DNA of 63,979 bases, filler included, from Catajapyx aquilonaris (lineage: Eukaryota): the NCBI GenBank assembly GCA_000934665.2. It is 3 parts of 3 records of this genome, joined end to end, with 100 filler letters (N's around TTAATTAATTAA, not from the genome) between each part and the next. Parts side by side here need not be neighbours in the genome. Positions count along the whole stretch, not along the records: positions 21,768 to 43,317 come from JYFJ02006019.1; 2 more parts are not named here. The stretch is one strand, 5' to 3'. Positions 25,600 through 39,954 of the stretch are shown one piece after another. The notes below the pieces were generated by a model. The model saw only the letters and a program-made list of their open reading frames with translations, searched no databases and had not been told where the DNA came from. The position numbers and the translations under genes were made by a program. The first letter of the stretch is position 1. Every line of letters begins with the position of its first letter.

Positions 25600-25990
25600 C
25601 AGGGTGTAACTGAACTCAGTGCACAGATGTATATGACTGCCTTCCTAGGCACCAGAGGATCGATTTAGGTAGAGGAGCATTATGTCTGGGCCGCCGCATT
25701 ACCGAGATAATTGCCCCCAAACATGTAGTACAAAATATCCTGTCGGTTAGGCCACCCATCGAACCCTCCCCCAGTCAGAAGGAGCGATAAGGCAAAAACG
25801 TTGTGTTGTGGTTTGTAATTTCAATTTGTTCTGAATGTCGCTGCTAATTTTGAAGAGCACTGGCACTTTCACTGCTATTTACAAATCACTCTTTCGCCAA
25901 ATCGCTAACTATCAGGTGGGTCGATTATCTTGGTAATGCGGTGGCCCAGACATAATGACTACTCTACCTAAATAGATCCTCTGGTGCCTA
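25600..25990. mobile_element. Tc1/mariner-type MITE family D (right end truncated)
   Basis: TA-CAGGGTGTA start. Inverted arms CTAGGCACCAGAGGATC / GATCCTCTGGTGCCTAG. The internal block ACAAAATATCCTGTCGGTTAGGCCACCCATCGAACCCTCCCC is shared with 43418-43712. Confidence 0.8.
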
Positions 25991-26339
25991 GCCAAATTGC
26001 TGCTTTTTCAACAAATATGCAACATTTTCTGCTTTACATATGCTTACAATGCATGCTACTGCATACTGATTACTGAAACTATCGACAACAATGGAAAATT
26101 AGCTCACCCATAACTTAAGCAGTACCAAAAAAATCCATCGTTTTCTTCTCCTGTCATGTTCTTGCCAAATATACTAGAAAAGTATGATTTTGACCTTCTC
26201 TGCATGCGTTAGATCAGTGACTGGTGGGAAAATAACCCCCACTCCAGTATGCAGTGCCTTCCTCGCATGGGAAAGGAAACTGAGTAATGCAAAACAGCAC
26301 ATTTGCCACCGAGGAACCAAAAAATGTTTGTTATAGCCA

Positions 26340-26472
26340 ATGTGAAAATGAGTCTGTTATATCAGGAGTAAAAATACACAGGGCCTTATGGAAGTATGGA
26401 GGGACTGGCCTTTCGAGTCTGTTTTAACCAAAAGTCTGTTATAGCCCAGGCTGTTATATCTGGATTCAACTG
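26340..26472. mobile_element. decayed right end of a pogo-like MITE
   Basis: Repeated CTGTTATA units ending in TCTGGATTCAACTG-TA. Confidence 0.55.
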
Positions 26473-26520
26473 TAAATATTTTGTTTGGGGAGAACTAAGC
26501 ATAATTTATTTCTGTTTCAG

Positions 26521-29500
26521 ATATGATGAGGCATACCCTGGGAGATATGGAATGCATGATGCGAGGTATGATGCCAACCGAGTTCCTATGAGATATGATG
26601 CTGTGTACAAGGGATACGAGTCCTACGACTCGAGACCTCCAAGCTTGCGAGAATACCAAACAGACCAAGATCGACGCTATACCAGGCCTTACGAGAAGAG
26701 GGAGTTTGGTGATTATCAACATCCAGAATCATTTCAAAAGGATTACTTGCAAAACAAAGAGCAAAAAGAGTATGATCGATCAAAGGAGTTTTACGATTAT
26801 GAGTATGACCGTTATGACAGGCATGCTTCGCATGGAGCATATGGATCCCCTTCCAAGCACATCTCACCACTGTCACCTCAAGCTAAGGATACCAAGGAAA
26901 TCCAAGGCAAGTCATCAAGTCCAGATCGGCGAAAGATTACTGACAAGGAAGAGAAGCGCAAGAAGAAGAAGAGAGGACTTGATGGTTCTGTGAGTTCCCA
27001 GGAGAGAGACCTGTCTGCTGGTGATCTCAGTGACAAATCAAGGGAATCCAGTCCAGAAAAGATTGTGTCTCTTGAAGAAGAGAAAGTAAAAGACAAGGCA
27101 AAGGAAAGGGATGATGAAGGTAGAGAAGATAAAGAGGAAAAAGGAAAAGATAAGGAAAAACCAAAGGAAAAATCCAAAGATAAAGAGAAGAAGCTCAAGA
27201 AGAAGCATAAGCGGTACAAGAAGAGGCTGTCTGAGGATGCAGAAAAGTCAGAAGTTGGGGAGTCAGAGTGTGAAAAAACAAAGCGCAAGAAGAAGAAGGA
27301 GAAGCGAGGTGAGAAGAAAGGAGCCTTGGCAAAACAAAAAACAGAAAAGAAGAGTGGATTGGAACCAGTGAAAACAGAGAAACCAGTTAGAGAAGAAGCT
27401 CAGCAAGGCACTCCTGATCAAGACATGCAGCCTTCAAGTTCAGGGATACCTGTTTCAGGAGACAAGGTTGTGATTCCTATTGATCAGCTAGAACAAGAAT
27501 TTTTGCAACAAGTGGTGGAAAAACCCAAGCCTATTGACATGCTCTATGATGACATTGAAGGCACCCAAATTGACAGCAATTTGTTGCAGACTTACAGCCA
27601 GATACCTGCAGTAAGCACCACCTGTTCTTTGGAGGTCGGAAATGTGGAAACAGCTGAGACAGTAGATGAAGAGGGAACTGAAAGCATTCATTCTGCTGAA
27701 GAACATGACCAGAGCCAGGATACTTGTGCACCTAAATCTGTCAGTTCCGTCAGTGACACTATTAGAGAAACCGGAATAATTGTTGCTGAAGTTAGTAATG
27801 ACAAGCCTGCTCTTCGTAAGGATGATTCCCATTCTATGGTTGTGGTTCCAGTTCCTGAACTTTCCAAGTGGGAGAGGGATGAAGAGGAAACTTTGTCATC
27901 TGGTCCAGCTCAGGAGCCATCAAAAGAGGAGCTGGAAGGTTCAGGGCGCGTCATCACTTCCGAGGTTTTAAAGCGAGCTGAAAATGCCATCTTTCAGAAA
28001 GCTATTAGTGCTATCCGACCCCTGGAAGTAAAGAAGCAAGAACGACGGGCAGTGGTAGTGAGTGATTCAAAAGAGGAGACTCGAACGCCGCAAGACAAGA
28101 AGCGAGAACAGTTGCCTCCAGTCACTGACAAGAAGGCTGAGAAAGAAGGAGCTAGACCTAGTTCTAGTAGCAGTTCCAAAACGGATCGTGACTCACGAAG
28201 GACTACGCCAACCACTATACAAATAACTGTACCATCAGACAGGGATGAAAGATCAGTGGAGATATCAGATGAACCAAAGGGAAGGCTAAAGTTGGATAGG
28301 TCAAAATTTTCAGCAGTTGGTGGTCATGAAGTGTCCCCAACCTTGACCCGAAGGCCGGTGAAGGAAAGGCTTGGAAGTATAGTTACTGAATCTGAGGGAA
28401 CCTCTGCTGATGAGCGAGGTGTTAAGAGTAGTGGCACAGATAAGAACCCATCACAGAGCCCTAGTCGAGGAGAAAGCCCTCGAGGAAAGGAGCATTCAGA
28501 ACGAGACTGGAAAGGTGTTCGAAGCACTTTAGAGAAGTCTGCCTCAAGGTCTCGCTCAAGATCCAAATCTGGTTCAAGAACTTTGCAATTTTCCAGTGCC
28601 AAGCATCATGAGAGAGAGAAGAGTAAGGATCCGAAGGACAAGCCTAAGATGACGGAACATCAAAAAGGAGTGGCCACTCAGTGGGAAAAAGATAAGGAGA
28701 GGGAGAAGAAGGAGAAAACTCACAAATATAAGGAGAGCTTGTCCAGAAAGGAGCAACCTCGTAGCAAGGACAGACATCATGGCAGAAGCAAGCATAAGAT
28801 GCGGGACTCAAGGAGCAGGAGTAAGAGCAGAGACCGGGAGTCAAAAAAGAGGCTGACCAAGGAAAAGGACGGTCGGCGTGAGAAGAAAAAGGACAAAAAG
28901 CACAGGAGGGATCGAGACCGGGAACGAGATAGGAAGAAGGATGATAGGCATGAGCTTGAGAAATTTGTCGAAAAATCTAAGGATCCTAAGGAACACCAGA
29001 CACATGCAATACAAAGTCAGGAGGAAAAGATAGAATCCAGGCGAGATGTGCAGCCTGGATCGAACCCTGAAAAATTGGATAACGAATCAGTTCCCAAAAC
29101 AACTGGCCCTGATTCTGGACAAACTAATATGGTGTGTGAACTCTTGAAAGATGTTTCAGAGAAGCAAATGTCTGACAAAGTGCCAGATCAGTGCCCAGGA
29201 AAGGTCAAGAAGCAGAGACGAAATCCACGCCTGACTGGGGATCGGCGCAAGTCAACTCTAGATGAGTGTAATTTTGAACCAGACTATGATGCTTCATCGT
29301 CCGATGATTCAGAGGAAAGTGCAGAAACTGGATCAACTAAGACAAAGGATACTGATAAAGAAGATCAACCAATAAGGACAGCTAATGAAGTTGTGAAAGA
29401 GAAGAAAGAAGTTGCTAAAAAGTCTGATAAATTAGAAGCTGACTGCCACGAGTCTAGGAAGAGGGCTAGAGCAATGCCTGTTGTTGAAAAAAGTCGCAAG

Positions 29501-29782
29501 AAAGATGTAGCCAAGCGAAGGAAGAGGGAATCCTCTAGCTCCTCCAGTAGCAGTAGTAGCAGTTCAGAAAGCTCCAGTAGCAGTTCCTCTAGCGAGTCCA
29601 GCAGAGGAAAGCGCAGGAAGGGAAAGCGCAAGAGAGTGTCATCATCTTCCAGTTCTGACAGTTCTGATAGTGAATCAACAGATTCTGAACGTGAGAAACG
29701 TCGAAGACGCAAGAAGAGGGAAGCCCGCAGAAAGGCTGCTAGTAATAAAAAAAAATCAAAGAAACGCTCCAAGCGTAGGTGA
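26521..29782 (+). CDS. RBBP6: large terminal coding exon of a probable E3 ubiquitin ligase RBBP6/SNAMA-like protein
   Basis: About 1086 open codons after a TTTCTGTTTCAG acceptor (26520). K/E/R/S-rich, with RS dipeptides and a poly-Ser tail. The islands PELSKWERDE, ITSEVLKRAENAIFQKAISAIRP and LDECNFEPDY match my recollection of insect RBBP6 C-termini. No DWNN, Zn-knuckle or RING exons are visible in the window. Confidence 0.7.
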
Positions 29783-30399
29783 CTTGCTCAAGGCCTGTCT
29801 TCAATACTACACAATGTAATGTTTCTATCTTTTTTTGAAGCAAATAGAAAATGTTCTTTCCAGACATGAATATAGATTATATTAATTTGGTATTTCTTGT
29901 TTTTATGATTTAGAGTGTTTTTTTTCCTCTAGTTTGTCAACTCCAAGGAAAAGTTATTGTGACACCTTGGCTTAGCCTAATTTGTGTTTCCCCCCTCAGT
30001 AACTGTATGTTTTTTTGTTTGTTTTTTTCAATTTCATTTGAAACAAATGTTTTGTAAAGAAAGTTAACATCATTATGTATGCACATGGAAATATTTGTCA
30101 TTTTCATGTCCAATGAGCAATTTCGCCTGACACTAACAAACAAATCGAAGATATGAATGAAGCAGATCAATGTGTGAAATATGACCTCAGTAGTTTTTTA
30201 AAACTATTTCCCTACCTATAGTTTTCCAAAACTTATCCACTTCTTTTCACATGGACAGCTGTGGTTTCAACTTGGATAAATTCACCTTTATGATGCATTT
30301 GTATATGGCAGTGGGGTGACTGGTTTATTCCATGTCCAGTGGCCCAACTTGTTCTGTCACGAGAACCAATTTTGCCTAGATTTGGTATGCTTTGCAGTA

Positions 30400-30559
30400 C
30401 AGTGTTGCACATTAATCGTGTCGTACTGCTAGCGACATTTTTCGAAGCGGCGGAAGAACAAATCGAATCAATGGAGTGAAAAACATGCGAGCAAGATTCG
30501 TTCTTCTGCCGCTTTGGAAAATTTCGCTAGCAGTATGACGCAATTAATATCCAACACTA
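30400..30559. mobile_element. small hairpin MITE downstream of the RBBP6-like stop codon
   Basis: Imperfect arms of about 60 bp: AGTGTTG...TACTGCTAGCGA...AAGCGGCGGAAGAAC / GTTCTTCTGCCGCTT...TCGCTAGCAGTA...CAACACT. Confidence 0.8.
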
Positions 30560-32148
30560 CCTACAACTACTAATGGATACATGTGCACACACAATTTTGT
30601 TAGGCTAGTTAATGCATTATTGCCTACTTACAGGGTCAAGTAATATTGCTGCTTTTAAGTGCAGGTCCTATTTTGGAGCTACTTGTATATAGATAACCTG
30701 TAACTTGTAACCAACAGATAGTGTGATGCATGGTTTTCCAAAGTTATTTTAATGCTCTTTGTTCTGGACAGTATGTTTTTCTCTCTTGTACGTATAAGGC
30801 TCAAATAACTTACATAATGAATTTTGAATAAGGAATCAAAGTTAACACCAAGTTGAGAGAGGGTTAACTCCCTGTTCATATGTGCAACTGTGATTCAACA
30901 CCGTAACATGGGACCAAGTTGGACCTGGAGTTAACCCTGGTCTGGGGGCAGAGAGTACTCCACCAGCTGGGGGTTATCAGCATTCGAAGACGGCCGGTAG
31001 AGTCAAGTTGGAAAAAGTGTTTTGTAGCTTCCAGAGGAGGTTGAGGCTGGGTGACCAGGTATGGTGTGACCTTGTAGGAATGGGTCTGCTGGGATGAAGG
31101 TGTGCGATGCTCTTCCGGGAAAAGCAAGATACTGCTCCTGGGTCGGAGTTGAGTAATCCGGCACTTGTTTTATCATTATGTATGCTGTACCCTGGAATCA
31201 ACCCACACTTGCTCTCAACCTTGCGAATTGAGTAGTCATTATGATTGTATACCAGCCTAAGAGCTCAAAATATATTTCAAAACTAAAAATTCATATTTTT
31301 ATTTACAAAATTTGACCCTACTTGAGTTCTAGTGTACCTTTGAATAGACCTTACAACCAACCATAAAATATTTACTGTATACCCACAAATCATCAAAGGG
31401 GGCTAGCATATACGTAATTATTTTATTTTAGCACCATTTCCTTTTAGCGGGATGATGAATGACTGGAGATGTCATGGTGCAGAAAATGCCAATGGAGGTG
31501 AGGATGGTGGGGATAGGCAATAACCTCTGTAAGGACACTTGGTACTTAGCGCTCTGATTTCCAGCAAAAATACGTAGCCATCAAGAACTCTAGTCATAAG
31601 TTTTTTTTAAAAAAAAAATTAAAATTAGCACAGCACTATAGTCAGAAAGAAAAAAATAACTGAAGAACACAAATCCAAGTAAAATAATAAGTAAGTTATC
31701 CTATATTGTAAGTGCAGTGAATAAAACATAAGCTGTAAAATTGAAACTGAAATAACAGTTCCTATACAGCTGCAAGCGGAACCCAATAAGTGGCAGAGAG
31801 CAATTATAGCAATATCAGTTATGACTTGCGCGGGATTTTTGGTTGATGGCCACATTATTTAGGCCTTCTCTAGGTCATTGCGGTGGTGCAAAGTGTCTTG
31901 ATCACTGGTTATCAGGGTGGTTGGATTGTGTCAACCATACACCCCCCCCCCCCTCTCTCTCTCTCTCTATCTATCTATCCCCCCCTCCCCCCCAATTGTG
32001 CTACACTTTGACACCTTGGTGGTCCAATCTCCATGCTGCAGATGCCAAATAACATACACTATGCAGGCCCACTTTTCCAATGGGATGTGTAGTTGACTTT
32101 CTATCTTTGGATTTAAGGCATATTCAAAAAATACTAAGAGGGTCGAAG

Positions 32149-32461
32149 CAGCGCCGGATTTACACCCCCCCCCTCCCCGCCGCCCTTAGGCCCCCCGCAT
32201 GACGTTTAAAAATTAAACCGGTGTTCTCTCCTTCACTTAGTTATTTTATTTTAAAAATATTATATTGTAATTTATGGCCGCCCTTCGGTAATTACCTTTT
32301 CTGCCTGTATTGGTAAATCATTCAAGCTCTCAAAAATGGGGGTTTCTTTGTGATCTCGCTTTCATATCCTCTTATTGTATTTGAGAAATAATATTATTTA
32401 TTGCAACTGGCGGCCGCCCCTAGGCCAGTGCCTACTGTGCCTAATGGGAAATCCAGCGTTG
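32149..32461. mobile_element. hAT-like MITE with 8-bp TSD
   Basis: TIR CAGCGCCGGATTT / AAATCCAGCGTTG. TSD GGTCGAAG at 32141-32148 and 32462-32469. GCCGCCC subterminal motifs. Confidence 0.9.
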
Positions 32462-35395
32462 GGTCGAAGTTTAAATTTTGGATTAAATTTTGCACTCTTA
32501 TTCGTTGACAGGGGAGCAAAATTCTACATTCAGAACAAAGAGCATTAAAATACCGTCGGAAACCATGCACAACACTCTTCTTGGTTACTACAGTAGTTAC
32601 AGGTGTTTTCTGACTCCAAATTAGGACATGCACTAAAAAGAAGTAATATGCCAAAGGTTTTAATAATCAGGATTTAATAATTGCTAAGAACGTAGCTTTG
32701 TGGAGAATAACAGCAAAATAAACGCATACATCGGTACTGGCCTTTTCTGTTGACTTGGGCAGATTATCGAGTGCAATATAATATTATTATATCCAAACAC
32801 CAATAACAAAATAAGAATTATTGAAAAGTGAACGCACCTAATTCTAGAATCAAACCAGCCACTTTACACCAGGAGAATATAGCTTTTCCTTTAACCTACT
32901 CTTTCTTATTTCTGGTACAACCTGTCATGAAGTCATATATTATAAGAGAGCAAAGAACGCTCCTTCTTGCTTTAAAAAGCCTACCTAATGTAGTACTCTG
33001 GGTCACGAGGCCCGCCTTCTGCCAACACCCCCCTTCTACCCCTCCTCTTCCCATCCTTTCACAATGCAGATATGATGGGGCTCAAAACTTCACGGGCCTG
33101 CAATTTTCTCTACAAGATGAGCTCCGATCCTTCCAACCCCTAGTCACCCACATTTTCTTGATTCGCGGGCGTAAAATTTCCAAAAAACCACATGCTACAG
33201 CGGGAAGGGTTATAACTACGCAATTTGTTAGATGCGCTGTATTTAATCCCCATTCCGCTCGCTTCGTTACAGGAAGCGATATTACTCCGCAAAGGATCTC
33301 GTTTCTCCATTTGAACACCTTTTCCCGGAGAAATCCCAGTCACCGAAATTGCCTTCATTATAAGGGGGGAGAGGTGGCGGAAGGAAGGCGGAGGGAGTGG
33401 GAAGGGAGGAATGATAATAGCGCTTCCTAGAAATACACAGTTCCGGAGGAGATACGGGGCAGCAGCAGATGGCGAGAGGCAAAGCTAGGATAAAGAATGG
33501 CCCCGCTTCTACTGCTTAGTGTAATGTACTGTAGTATCATCTTTCTGCAGCTGGAGTCAGAAACGGGTCAAGTCTCCTCAGTCAACTTTGAGAGGTGTTC
33601 CACTTTTAAAATAAGGCCACGGTGATGAAAAATATGTCGATATTGTGTATGTAACATAGTACCTAATTCCAGAACCTAATCAGTGCTATTACACCAGTAA
33701 AGGGGCTTCTCCTTTAAGCATTTAGGTAATATAGTACACTGAGAAACCCACATGCAGTAATTTAAACATCAGTCAATTGTAGTTGAATTGTCACTTGAGC
33801 TAATTTGCTAGGTTTGTACAAAAATTATATAACTGAAGGGTTATTTAATAATCTGATTATTCTTGTCAATCTTTGCACAGTTACATTATTACAGAATACT
33901 TGATAATATTATTGCAAAGAAAAAAACTGCAAGTTCAACGAGGCATACTTATTTTCTAATAGAAGAGCTGAAACGATCCGAGTCCCATTTCGTTAGAAAT
34001 TACGTGTGTAATATGATCATTAACCTGCACATCCCTATGGTCCGCCAGTTATTTTCCGATAGAGCAATTGCAGTCCCCTAGAGAACTGTTTGATAAAAGG
34101 ATAGATAATGCGTAGGCCTACTTCAACATCCAAGCTTCATATCCTAAAATCGTTACAGTGTGACGCTGGTCATTATGCATTTCAAGTATTTGATTGCTTT
34201 GGGGATTAGGTTCCACACAGGAATTCCCCCCTTTGAGACGGTTAATACACACATCCCACGACTTGTACTTCTTCTGAGGTCCCGATGAATTTGTCATGCG
34301 GAAGGTGTTTCGATGGGTTGTCTCCAGCATGTTGTGTCCATGATCATGTGACATAGGAGTTCTCCCGTTTCCTTGGACCCCATTCAAAACACCTCAGCAG
34401 CGCAGTAATTAATAAAATGGGGGATTTAAATAGGATCTTCTAAAAGACCACATGCTTATCATTTGTTCATAGATGCACTGTGTTTAACCCCCATTCTGCT
34501 CTTGTTTATTGTTTCTTATTAATCGTATATTTTTACCGTATCAGCTAAAATATCGTCTTGATGGTATGTAAGATATTGTTTCGTCGAAGGAGGTGCAGGT
34601 GGCATAATAAGCGTGATTCGACAATGGTGGCGGTTCCATATATCGTCAAACTGGGTGACTTTGTGCAATGTGGGGAGAGATTGTGCCAGCGCGTTTTTTG
34701 GGACAACAACGCACCCTACTGGCAGCAGGCGTAAACTAGCGAAATTAGGCATATTTCATGACATTGATAAATGTTCAAGGTTGACAATCACGAAGAAAAT
34801 TCGCGATTTGTTGCTATAATGCCCGTAAAATAAATTATTGTTGAAATGTTGATTTTCTTCAAGTTTTGCACTTGATGGTATATAGTGTTGGTTGCCGTGA
34901 GTGGCCGGTTGCTTCTCGTTACCAGGTAAGGTAATATTTCGATAACCACATTAATGAAGGTAGGAAAAATACGAGTTGACGTTTTTTAAACCTGCATTTG
35001 TTCTTGAGCTATGACCCAATGAATGAAAAAGGGGGACTTGACGGGGAGAAATTGAGTGGCTGAGAAGCAAAGTGGTTCATGTCGAAATTCGGTCATTTTG
35101 AGTTGTCGCTTGCATGGCATTCCCCATGCCCAACTCTGTTTTGTAACTTGGCCTGAAGACACTTGCAATATTTGCTGATCAAATTATTAAGTTATTCCCT
35201 TCCTTGCATCCCACATGTTAGCATATTTCTACCAATAATTATTATATCTGCCAATGTATTGGAGCGTCCTTGATATATATTTGCAACAATGTACGAGTAC
35301 TATAATATGAACAGGGTGCTTTCCCCTGTATATGGGATTTTCCCAAGCAGAATAAAATACTTACTTACTTACTTACTTTATTTTATTTTATTTTA

Positions 35396-35710
35396 CTGTA
35401 CCCCATTATCGGGCCCTGGGCCCTTGTTATGGGAGTGGGATACCACCATTATTTTGTTGGAACCATATACTGTCTAGTTGTTCCAAGGGTAAGTAGGAGG
35501 GGATATGCAAAGTGCAAGTGCAATGTCGCATATTGGTCATTTTGTGAACTCCCCCGGGTGGATTAGTCTAGCGGAAATTTCCACCCGAGACGAAGCCAGA
35601 GATGGCCCAACTCTGCACGAGATGAAGGGGGGAACCCCGGGCAGGGATCGAACCCGGGACCTTAACATCCGTGGGCTCGTGCGTTACCGCAGCACCACTC
35701 CGCCTCACCC
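35396..35710 (-). mobile_element. tRNA-derived SINE, family A (fuller copy)
   Basis: Minus-strand head with A box TGGTGCTGCGG and B box GGTTCGATCCC. Body homologous to 146-444. Simple-repeat tail at 35360-35395. Confidence 0.85.
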
Positions 35711-37742
35711 TTACTAACTAACTAACTAACTAACTAACTATACAGTATGTTACAAGTAATTCGCGGGTAATCTGAAAAGGAGTGCAAGAGCCTGAGAATA
35801 TGAGTTAGGCCTAACTGGACTTTCGTTCAAATTGGCAATATCTCCAGAAAGCTTTTTTTCAGCTTATTTCCATTGATAGTTACCTTTTTATAATTTATTC
35901 GGCTTTTTTTTCTAATTGGTGGGCCACTTTTGGCACGACCAATTAAAAGAACATAGAGGAACAAAATAATAAGGCCATAGCGTAAAGAAGAAACATTAGT
36001 TTTGATATGTATACTTATTACTCATATATTTACTGGATTACTTTACGGTTTGAAAGTTGAAGCCTTCCTTTTCAACGAGGAAAGGAATCATTTTAATATT
36101 TACGGGACAAATATTTTTTCATCTATTTTCCCAGCCGTCTGCAATTGGCCAAAATAAGGACCAGGGAACTCTAATAAGGCCATTACATTTGGGGGTCTCC
36201 TAAATTATACTTGCGTGCTCTGATAGCTGTCAGATTATGTCATTATCACCTTCAAACACGTGTGGACTAATAGACCCGAAACTCTTGTGCAGTCATAATT
36301 TACCACAGTAAATTAGCATAATTTACAGTTTATTCTGCATTCAGGTGCTAGTGTGCTACAATCTTTCACATCAATGAATGATGAATTATCTGAGACCCAG
36401 TTGCAGCACTGAGGGTAAACCATGGGTGGATGATCTATCTCCTTGCTACTGTTATGATTGTTGTTGACAACCGTAACAATAACAAAAATCTTCGGTCAAC
36501 AGTCGATCTTCAACAATGACGTCAAACTGAAAATAATTATGCCAAAATATTGGATTCATATTCAAAAGACATATTAAGGTTTCATGTAACCTGGTCATTT
36601 CGGTACTTCCTTGAATTTGGGACTACACGGCTGTGTATTACCATCTGTATACATTTCCAGTGGAACAATTAATAAATTACGGTGTGTATTAACTTAGTAT
36701 ACGTAAGACGGTAACCTAATTTACTTTTTCCTGCCTACGCATAATTATAGGAGCATTTTGAATTGTCTTCCTATCCAATGCAGTTGGCATAGGGAGCATC
36801 ACCCTCCTTCCTCTCACATAACACTCAATACCTCTGCAAAATTACTTTTAATTCGGATCATTTTGCATTTCAGGTCTTTAGGGACATGGCCTCTACCCAG
36901 TTGTTTTTGCTCTAAATTCAGAAAGTTGGAGAGGGAGTAATTGGGGATAAATTAGGCAGAACGCTCCAGAAACCCTCTTCAAGAAGCTGAGATGGTACGT
37001 ATAGCTTTTGGAGAGAGATGGGGATGGACAACAGGGTATAGTTGGTAGATGGAAGGAAATAGGGAGACACCACAGGTGAGCCAGAGACCCCGGAGTGCAG
37101 CAGATGGGGTGAGGAAAGGGGAAAGAGCTTGCAAAGGTAAAAGACAGTGATCTTCAACTGTTATCTCCTCTCTCTATTCTCCAGCCTGTTTTCGATGGTC
37201 GCAACCACGGCGTCGCAACGTTGGTGTCTCATCAAACATTAATTTAGAGGGGTGTTCAGATTTTTGAATGACAGCACCAAGGAAGGTGAGGTCACCATAT
37301 CTGCCTTGTGATAGGAAGGCAATACCAGAGTAGCACTGAAAAAGTGAAAGCACCCAATATATTATATTATACTATAATAATCTTTATGATATATATTCCT
37401 GTTCTAGTTGGTGTTTTTTGTATATGCAGCAATATTACATATATCATAGGTAGCCCTCCGATGATCACTTGATCCAGATTAGGCATTCTTAAGACCATAC
37501 AACCTAGAGAAGAAAAAACACTTATGCAATGCAAGACAGTTTCCACCAGATAACTAAGTAGCAAGGGATAATGTTCAAGCTGTTTGCATTGCATATCAGC
37601 TAAAGGATTTTTTTCTTTAGTAATAAAAGGCAACTTAATAAATGGATTGTGATATTGCAATATGGCTGAAAGAGGACAATGTCTCTGACTCCATCCTGCC
37701 ATATGGATTGTATACGTATATTCACTTGAGGTGAATTGCTGC

Positions 37743-37858
<116 letters not shown>

Positions 37859-39954
37859 ACTTCAGGCAGACACCAATCTATGCAAGGGGAAGTATAATAT
37901 GCATGAAATAGGAAGCGGACACAGTGAGAATGAGAGCCAGGAGTGAAACATTACTGTGTCACGTTTTCAGCATTTCATTGATACCTACCTATATAAATTA
38001 CAGCCAATTAGTATTGGGTTATCCTACCGGAATAATATTGTAATTCTTGATCCAAAACAAGTCAAAAATGTAGGGGGAGAATTGTCGGATACCCAACCGT
38101 CAACGACGCGATGTTGACGACGATTACTGAAATGCCTGGCGCGAGATAGGCTGCACGGAGCTTATTCGCACATATGTTCCAGAATAAGGGGCAAGGTGGG
38201 TGGCGGACATTTCGCCCTAACACAATTCCAGTTAATTAATAAGTAGCCGGGGTATGTATGGCCCTGGGAGGAAATAACATAGTCTATGTGCATATCAAGT
38301 TTAGCCTTGCTTGTTTGTTGTGTTCAGAAAAGGGACATATTTTCTCGTTTTTTCTTAAAACCGCCCTCATGCCACATAGCAGGTTTTAGCTCTCTATACT
38401 CCTCAAATAACCTGGCAGGTATGCGTTTCTCCGTTCAACTTGGCCTTAAAAAAAGCGTTACCATGTAACTACGTAGGCTATGAGAGATCATTAGGTGTAT
38501 CTGGCAGTCGCTCGGACAATGGAAGCGTATATGTGGTGGGCTGGCTCTGCACAAATAACTAAACTTTGTACTTATCGATAATTATCTCATTAATTGAGCT
38601 GCAGCGACCAAAAATGAAACCTCTATAGTATAGCTACAGTATAAAATGATCCTCTGTGGCCCAGGAATGTAACTCTATAGCACTATAGGTTTGAAAGTAT
38701 CATTACAAATTGCCATGGTTATTCCAGTATATCCGGTAGCTACCATCCTTGTCCAGACAGCTTTGTAGAACCATGACAAAACTCTCGAGAAGATTGAAGG
38801 AGTATTTTCGTATTCTAATAACCTTGCACCTTGTTATTTTTATTTAGTCTCCCTATTTTTTGTTGCGGTGCATTGTGCAACTCAGCGTCCCGGATAATGA
38901 CTTCCCTACTCCGATGACGTTTAGATCAGGGGACTTTGCCATAGCATATCCTACCACACTATCCCAACAGTGCTCCCTTGGTTGTTAATGCTACTTTTTC
39001 TATTAATGACTATTAACTTACATATAAACATACCGTAAATGGGGGTGACTGTGACATGCGGGGTGACTTTGTAACAAATCAGTTTTTCGAATCTCGCGCC
39101 ACTATTATTTGACCTTTTTGACTGCAACCAGCCGGCCCCAGAGATGGCTACGTATGTTGTGCTACCTATAATAGCCAACTTGGAAAGCTCCTACACCTCG
39201 AGCATTATTGGCACTCACATTCCAAGTTTACAAACTGCGAGTATTGTTCCGACTACTTTCCATATACCGGCATAGTTGCGAAGAGAGTAAAACATGTCGT
39301 ACATACATAACGTTCGCATTCAGATGAAAACGATCCACGGTCATACAGCAAAACGAAGGCCATACCGATGTACTGTAGTATTATGACACACACTGAGAGT
39401 TGGCCATCCGATCACTCGACACAGTCGCAGTGTGCTGTTGTTCAGGACACACCCCCCCNNNNNNNCCCCCCAAGCAAGCCGCTTACTCCAGGCACGTGAT
39501 GAAGATAATTATAATGTACGCTCTACAGTTTTCGTACATGGTATAGCCTACTCATATGGAGATGGATTTCTGTACTCCCGACACTTACCGCTGTTCAAAA
39601 ACGGTTTACGGTCCACATTACCACCACTTCCCCTACTCATCACGTGGCACTTCACATTGATTAGATAGAGAAGACACGACAAAGAGCAAAAAAAAACAAC
39701 ATTATCAATAATTTTAGAAACATGGTTGAAAAGTTTCTCATCCGGCTGCGGAACTTTTGGCACTGCCAAAATATTTAAGGGAGTTGAAATTGAATGACAT
39801 ACCGTATTTAAAGTATACAAACTTGGATTATGGTATACAAACAAAATAATGCAAAATATTCAAATATGCAAATTCTGGCAAAAAGGTTAAAAGAAGGGGG
39901 GGGGGGGGAGATGAAACTTTCGGACACCCAGGAAAAGTAGTAATACTGTAGTAA

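Noticed and set aside
26396..26520. First 42 codons of the 1128-aa ORF as a true N-terminus
   Set aside because: They overlap a decayed MITE end and precede a strong splice acceptor at 26520; the amino-acid composition changes abruptly after it.
26495..29772. Antisense and alternate-frame ORFs over the large exon
   Set aside because: Shadow ORFs of a low-complexity, purine-rich coding strand.
30876..31200. GC-richer segment as a retroelement or exon fragment
   Set aside because: No recognisable motif or consistent splice frame was found.
39548..39844. Minus ORF SKIIDNVVFFCSLSCLLYLI as an alternative M4 exon of the channel
   Set aside because: The resemblance is weak and partly due to a T-run, and the channel already has a complete M4 and stop at 39955.
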